DNA from: an uncultured Actinomycetes bacterium
Lineage (GTDB): Bacteria > Actinomycetota > Thermoleophilia > UBA2241
Direction: 5' to 3'
NCBI GenBank assembly: GCA_963709345.1
Contig: CAVPVX010000002.1
Span: forward strand, 160,001 to 224,000
Length of the DNA: 64,000 nucleotides
Both the position numbers and the translations under genes were made by a program. How positions within the stretch are numbered: the stretch's first letter is position 1; every line of letters starts with the position of its first letter. Positions 60,232-64,000 of the stretch are shown one piece after another. The notes beneath the pieces are model-generated. The model ran no database searches. It was not told the DNA's origin and saw only the letters and a list, made by a program, of their open reading frames with translations.

Positions 60232-60648
60232 GTGGCAAGGCGCACGGGGGAGCCACGCTGGGTCGACCGCCTGGTCGTCGAGGCCGTGCAGTTCGACCTC
60301 ATCCGCGAGCACGGCGGCATGCCCGGCCTGCGCGACGAGCACGGGCTCGAGGCGGCTCTCGCCCGACCGCAGCAGTGGCGCGCCTATCGCCCCGACGCAG
60401 ACCTCGCCGAGCTGGCGGCGGCCTACGGACACGGCCTCGCGACCGGGCACCCGTTCCACGACGGCAACAAGCGCATCGCCTTCGTCACCACGGCAGTCTT
60501 CCTCGAGCTCAACGGAGTCACGCTCGAGGCGGACGAAGCAGAGGTCGTCACGGTGATACTCAGCCTGGCTGCCGGTGAGACGACGGAAGACCAGCTTGCC
60601 TCCTGGGTGAGGACGAGGACCGCAACGGCTGGGCAAGCGTCCGGCTAA
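60232..60648 (+). CDS. doc: Doc/Fic toxin
   Basis: HGG.PGLRD...LE.ALARP, HPF.DGNKR; stop TAA lies inside the attC core GGCTAAC. Confidence 0.9.
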   Translation: MARRTGEPRWVDRLVVEAVQFDLIREHGGMPGLRDEHGLEAALARPQQWRAYRPDADLAELAAAYGHGLATGHPFHDGNKRIAFVTTAVFLELNGVTLEADEAEVVTVILSLAAGETTEDQLASWVRTRTATAGQASG

Positions 60649-60740
60649 CGTTGAGCGGGGGAGCTGCCGGGCGCAGCGCTCCGCCTGCAATCTACTCTAC
60701 CGTTGCGAGCGCCCGGGTCTGCTCAATCCGCTGGCTAGCC
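60643..60740 (-). repeat. attC site
   Basis: GGCTAGC CAGCGGATTGAGCAGAC...GGCAGCTCCCCCGCTCAAC GTTAGCC, 98 bp. Confidence 0.8.
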
Positions 60741-60749
60741 AGGCGGCCT

Positions 60750-61208
60750 CTAGGGCTTCGAAGCCCTTTCCTCAAGACTGGCCTTGTGCGACTGCAGGAA
60801 CGCTCGCCCGATGTTCGAACTGCCGAAGGTCCTGTAGAAGAAGCCCAGCAAGCCTGGGGCTTCGACATCGCTGATGGTGACGCGGTGATCGACTCCGCCG
60901 GCGCTCGCCGTGAACTCGTCGAGGAAGTGCGACCGTGCCTTGACCTTCGATCCGGCCTGGTAATCCTCATCGAGCTCGACCGTCACGCTCTCGGGCTCGA
61001 CACGTACGGTGATCCCCGAGCGCCGCATCAGCCCCTCGTTGGTCCGTATGACCACGAAGTCAGAGCCCTGCTCCACTAGCTCTACACTCGTCATGCCCGG
61101 CATGCGGCTGACGACGTCGACGTAGAACTCGCCGAGGTTCTCGAACGCCTGCTTCACTTGCTGGATGCTGCACTCGATCTGGTTGGAGTCCTCAAACCAA
61201 GCTGACAT
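60750..61208 (-). CDS. SRPBCC-like hypothetical protein (gene cassette)
   Basis: GGAGG RBS; alpha/beta START-like pattern; bounded by attC sites. Confidence 0.65.
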   Translation of the reverse strand: MSAWFEDSNQIECSIQQVKQAFENLGEFYVDVVSRMPGMTSVELVEQGSDFVVIRTNEGLMRRSGITVRVEPESVTVELDEDYQAGSKVKARSHFLDEFTASAGGVDHRVTISDVEAPGLLGFFYRTFGSSNIGRAFLQSHKASLEERASKP

Positions 61209-61264
61209 GACTCGTCCTCCCACACTGTAGGAAGTGCCGTTTCAAGACCGCCGTGCCTCGCCCT

Positions 61265-61340
61265 GGCTAACGTTCTTGCGCATCAGCTGGGAGGCGCAGC
61301 GATGCTTCCCTGCCTGATTCTACCTGTCGAGCGCCGAGGA
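61265..61340 (-). repeat. attC half site (right arm only)
   Basis: ...CTGCGCCTCCCAGCTGATGCGCAAGAAC GTTAGCC, similar to the 59847 site; left arm deleted. Confidence 0.75.
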
Positions 61341-61378
61341 CTCACGCTCCGCGGCGGCGTCGAAGCGCAGGACGCGGC

Positions 61379-61600
61379 TCATCCGCGGCGGGCACGCGCC
61401 CTGGCGAGGACCTCGTCGGCGGGAGAGGTGGCAGCGCCGGCGTCGATCTCGGCGTCGCGGCGCGCCGCCTCAGCGAGCCAGAGCTGTTCGACCTCGGCCT
61501 CGGAGAGTTCGTCGAGGCTGTCGAGCAGCCGGTGGGCGAGATGGGCCCGGCCTTGGGGGTCGAGGGTGAGCGCCTCGCGCATGAGTTCGTCGATGGTCAC
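61379..61600 (-). CDS. Addiction-module antitoxin (TIGR02574-like), followed by a truncated ParE start (61341-61382)
   Basis: EAL.L....RA.LA..LL.SLD......E..W..EA.RR..EI..G; overlapping MSRVLRFDAAAERE is cut off. Confidence 0.8.
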   Translation of the reverse strand: MTIDELMREALTLDPQGRAHLAHRLLDSLDELSEAEVEQLWLAEAARRDAEIDAGAATSPADEVLARARARRG

Positions 61601-61686
61601 GCCTGCCACCTCGCTTCCGCACTGCGCCGACACCTGCATTGTACCGCCGCGCCCAGACGGCTGACAGATGACGATGGGGGTGTTGC

Positions 61687-61770
61687 GGCTAACGTTCGGA
61701 GCATGACCCGCGAACCGCGGCCCGCACGCGCCTTCATTTTCATGGTACTACGTGCCCGCTGCCGGTCGTG
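61687..61770 (-). repeat. Degenerate attC/half site at the array 5' end
   Basis: ...TTCGCGGGTCATGCTCCGAAC GTTAGCC right arm; no clear RYYYAAC left arm. Confidence 0.55.
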
Positions 61771-61906
61771 ACCTGCACGCCCCCGGGCGGGCCGTGCGGT
61801 CCTGCGCCGCGAATCACCCGTTCCGGGTGAGGCGACGGCGGCAGGGCCGCGCTACGTTCAGTGGGACGCATCACCGCGCCGGGAAGGCACGCGAAAGGAG
61901 AGACCC

Positions 61907-62275
61907 ATGCAACGCAGGTCCGTCATCGCGACCGTTGCCCTCATCCTGCTACTGGCGGGACTCGCGGCGGCCGGGTCGTCCATCGGGTCGGCGCCCTCCC
62001 CCTCGGAGGCGACCGGCCTCCCGCGGCCGGCGTCGGCCCTCATGCCCGAGCAGCTGCAGACGAGTTCAGCGCTCCCGGGCAGCGAGGCCGTTGCGTTCGC
62101 CCCCGGCGGCATGAGCGGCGACTTCGCCGCGCGTCGGCTCGCCGACGCCGGCGCGCTCCGGGCGCCGTCGATCTACATCCCGTCGGACAGATGGCGGTTC
62201 CGGCTGCCCGGCGCCCGCGCGCACCGTCTTCTGACACCCGCCACCAGGATGGCCGCGGCAAGGTACGCCGCGTGA
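61907..62275 (+). CDS. Secreted hypothetical protein
   Basis: AAAGGAG RBS, signal-peptide-like N-terminus. Confidence 0.45.
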   Translation: MQRRSVIATVALILLLAGLAAAGSSIGSAPSPSEATGLPRPASALMPEQLQTSSALPGSEAVAFAPGGMSGDFAARRLADAGALRAPSIYIPSDRWRFRLPGARAHRLLTPATRMAAARYAA

Positions 62276-62285
62276 GCAGGAGTCG

Positions 62286-63671
62286 CTAGACCTTCTTCAC
62301 GCCGGCGATCAGCTTGCCGACCACGTCCTGGGCGTCGCCGTAGACCATGCGCGTGTTGTCCGCGTAGAACAGCTTGTTCTCGATGCCGGCGAACCCGGCG
62401 CCGCGGCCGCGCTTGATCACGAACGCTTGTTGGGCCTTGTCGACGTCGAGGATCGGCATGCCGTAGATGGGGCTGCCGGGATCGTCGCGGGCGGCGGGGT
62501 TGACGACGTCGTTGGCGCCGATGACGATGGCCGCGTCGGCCGTGGGGAACTCGCCGTTGATCTCGTCCAGGTCGTAGATCATGTCGTAGGGCACGCCGGC
62601 CTCGGCGAGCAGGACGTTCATGTGCCCGGGCATGCGGCCGGCGACCGGGTGAATGGCGAACTTCACCTGGATGCCGCGCTCTCCGAGCAGCTTGGCCAGC
62701 TCCCAGACCTTGTGCTGCGCCTGGGCGACGGCCATGCCGTAGCCGGGCACGATGATCACCTTCTGCGCGAACGCGAGAGTGACGGCGGCGTCGTCCGGGC
62801 TCGACTCCTTCATCGCGCCCTCGATGGCCTCCAGTTCCTGCCCACCCTTGGCGCCGAAGCCTGCGAAGAGGACGTTGCCGATGGAGCGGTTCATGGCCTT
62901 GGCCATCATCTGCGTGAGCAGGGTGCCGGCGGCGCCGACTACGATACCGGCGATGATCAACGCGCCGTTGCCGAGCACGTAGCCCTCGAGGCCGACGGCC
63001 AGACCCGTGAGGGCGTTGTAGAGGCTGATGACCACCGGCATGTCGGCGCCGCCGATGGGCAGCGTCATGAGCACGCCGTAGAGCAGCGCGAGCGCGAAGA
63101 AGAGCGCCAGCACGAGGCCCTCGTTGCCGCCCATGTTGCCGGTGTGTTGCAGGGCCGCGATGACGGCCAGCGCGACCGCGGCCGCCAGGACCAGCAGGTT
63201 GAGGACGTTCTGGCCCGGGAAGAGGAACGACTTCTTGATGATCCCCTGCAGCTTGGCGAAGGCGATCATGCTGCCGCTGAAGCTGACGGAGCCGATGAGG
63301 GCGCCGATGATGCCGAGCACGGCGAAGCTCGCCGGCATGGTCTCCGGCTTCATGAACTCGACGGCGGCGATCAGCGCTGCCGCGCCGCCGCCCATGCCGT
63401 TGTAGATCGCGACCATCTGCGGCATGTCGGTCATCGCGACCTTGCGCGCCGCGACGTAGGCGATCGCGGCGCCGATGGCAATCGCTATCGTCATCAGCAG
63501 GTAGTTGCTCATCTCCGGCGTCGCGAAGGTGATCGCCGTGGCGACCAGCATGCCGACGCCGGCCCAGATGATGCCGCGCCGCGCCGTGCGCGGCGAGCTC
63601 ATGCTCTTGAGGCCGAGGATGAAGAGAACGGCGGCGGCGATGTAGGCGATCTGGATCAGGTCAGCGCGCAT
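62286..63671 (-). CDS. pntB: NAD(P) transhydrogenase subunit beta
   Basis: MTDMPQMVA..NG.GG, PIGGADMPVVIS..N, PGYGMAVAQAQH, HPVAGRMPGHMNVLLAEA. Confidence 0.97.
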   Translation of the reverse strand: MRADLIQIAYIAAAVLFILGLKSMSSPRTARRGIIWAGVGMLVATAITFATPEMSNYLLMTIAIAIGAAIAYVAARKVAMTDMPQMVAIYNGMGGGAAALIAAVEFMKPETMPASFAVLGIIGALIGSVSFSGSMIAFAKLQGIIKKSFLFPGQNVLNLLVLAAAVALAVIAALQHTGNMGGNEGLVLALFFALALLYGVLMTLPIGGADMPVVISLYNALTGLAVGLEGYVLGNGALIIAGIVVGAAGTLLTQMMAKAMNRSIGNVLFAGFGAKGGQELEAIEGAMKESSPDDAAVTLAFAQKVIIVPGYGMAVAQAQHKVWELAKLLGERGIQVKFAIHPVAGRMPGHMNVLLAEAGVPYDMIYDLDEINGEFPTADAAIVIGANDVVNPAARDDPGSPIYGMPILDVDKAQQAFVIKRGRGAGFAGIENKLFYADNTRMVYGDAQDVVGKLIAGVKKV

Positions 63672-63972
63672 CGCCGCCCGCTTCTCCGCGGTCGCCGCTG
63701 CTCTTGAACATGTCGAGCATGCGTTCCGTCACGACGTAGCCGCCGACGGCGTTGGCAGTGCCGAGCAGCACGGCGAGGAAGCCGATGATGCGGGTGGCCG
63801 TGGTGTCGGCGCCGCCGAGTACGACCATCGCGCCGACGACGACGATGCCGTGGACGAAGTTCGAGCCGCTCATCAGCGGCGTGTGCAGGATCACCGGCAC
63901 GCGAGAGATGACCTCGTAGCCGACGAACGCGGCGAGGATGAAGATGTAGACCGCAGCGAGGCCGGTGATCAT
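63661..63972 (-). CDS. pntA: NAD(P) transhydrogenase subunit alpha part 2
   Basis: F.LA.FVG.EVISRVP.ILHTPLMSG.N..HGI, N..GGY.VT.RML.MF. Confidence 0.94.
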   Translation of the reverse strand: MITGLAAVYIFILAAFVGYEVISRVPVILHTPLMSGSNFVHGIVVVGAMVVLGGADTTATRIIGFLAVLLGTANAVGGYVVTERMLDMFKSSGDRGEAGGDAR

Positions 63973-64000
63973 GACGCGCCTCCTGCCTCGTCCGCCCCGT

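Noticed and set aside
55713-61770. CRISPR array or REP/BIME interpretation of the repeats
   Set aside because: Repeats are 86-98 bp, divergent in the middle and separated by whole genes; no cas genes or constant spacers; R/L box structure fits attC.
63969-64000. 3' end of pntA part 1
   Set aside because: Likely from context (ATGA overlap), but about 30 bp is too little to support a call.

Overview
This is a high-GC chromosomal window. The host is probably an anaerobic deep-branching actinobacterium (Thermoleophilia/Coriobacteriia-like); this is inferred from the GAAC-N4-GTTC SOS boxes, a protein mannosyltransferase, a sortase remnant and the GC content. Housekeeping content: clpP/tig, five tRNAs, a lexA operon, AddAB-like helicase/nuclease, rnpB, a tal-pgi-gnd-zwf-pgl operon and pntAB. 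Metabolic content: the B12-dependent ornithine oxidation pathway (ord-ortA-ortB-oraS-oraE-reactivase), with the racemase and an OTCase nearby and an amino-acid ABC transporter opposite. Two systems stand out. (1) 55.7-61.8 kb is an integron-type cassette array with about 10 attC sites (8 complete, 2 half sites) and no integrase in the window. It carries six toxin-antitoxin modules, VOC and SRPBCC-like genes and an aac(3)-I remnant. Core sites pair across cassettes, the expected footprint of IntI recombination. (2) 9.4-17 kb is a carboxylate/acetate island: a PHP-Cache-PAS-PAS-CBS-DUF294 nucleotidyltransferase membrane sensor, a SatP channel apparently fused to a cytoplasmic helical domain, and ActP/DUF485. 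The 11-17 kb stretch is dense in frameshifts, probably consensus errors. All calls come from motif recognition by eye; no searches were run.
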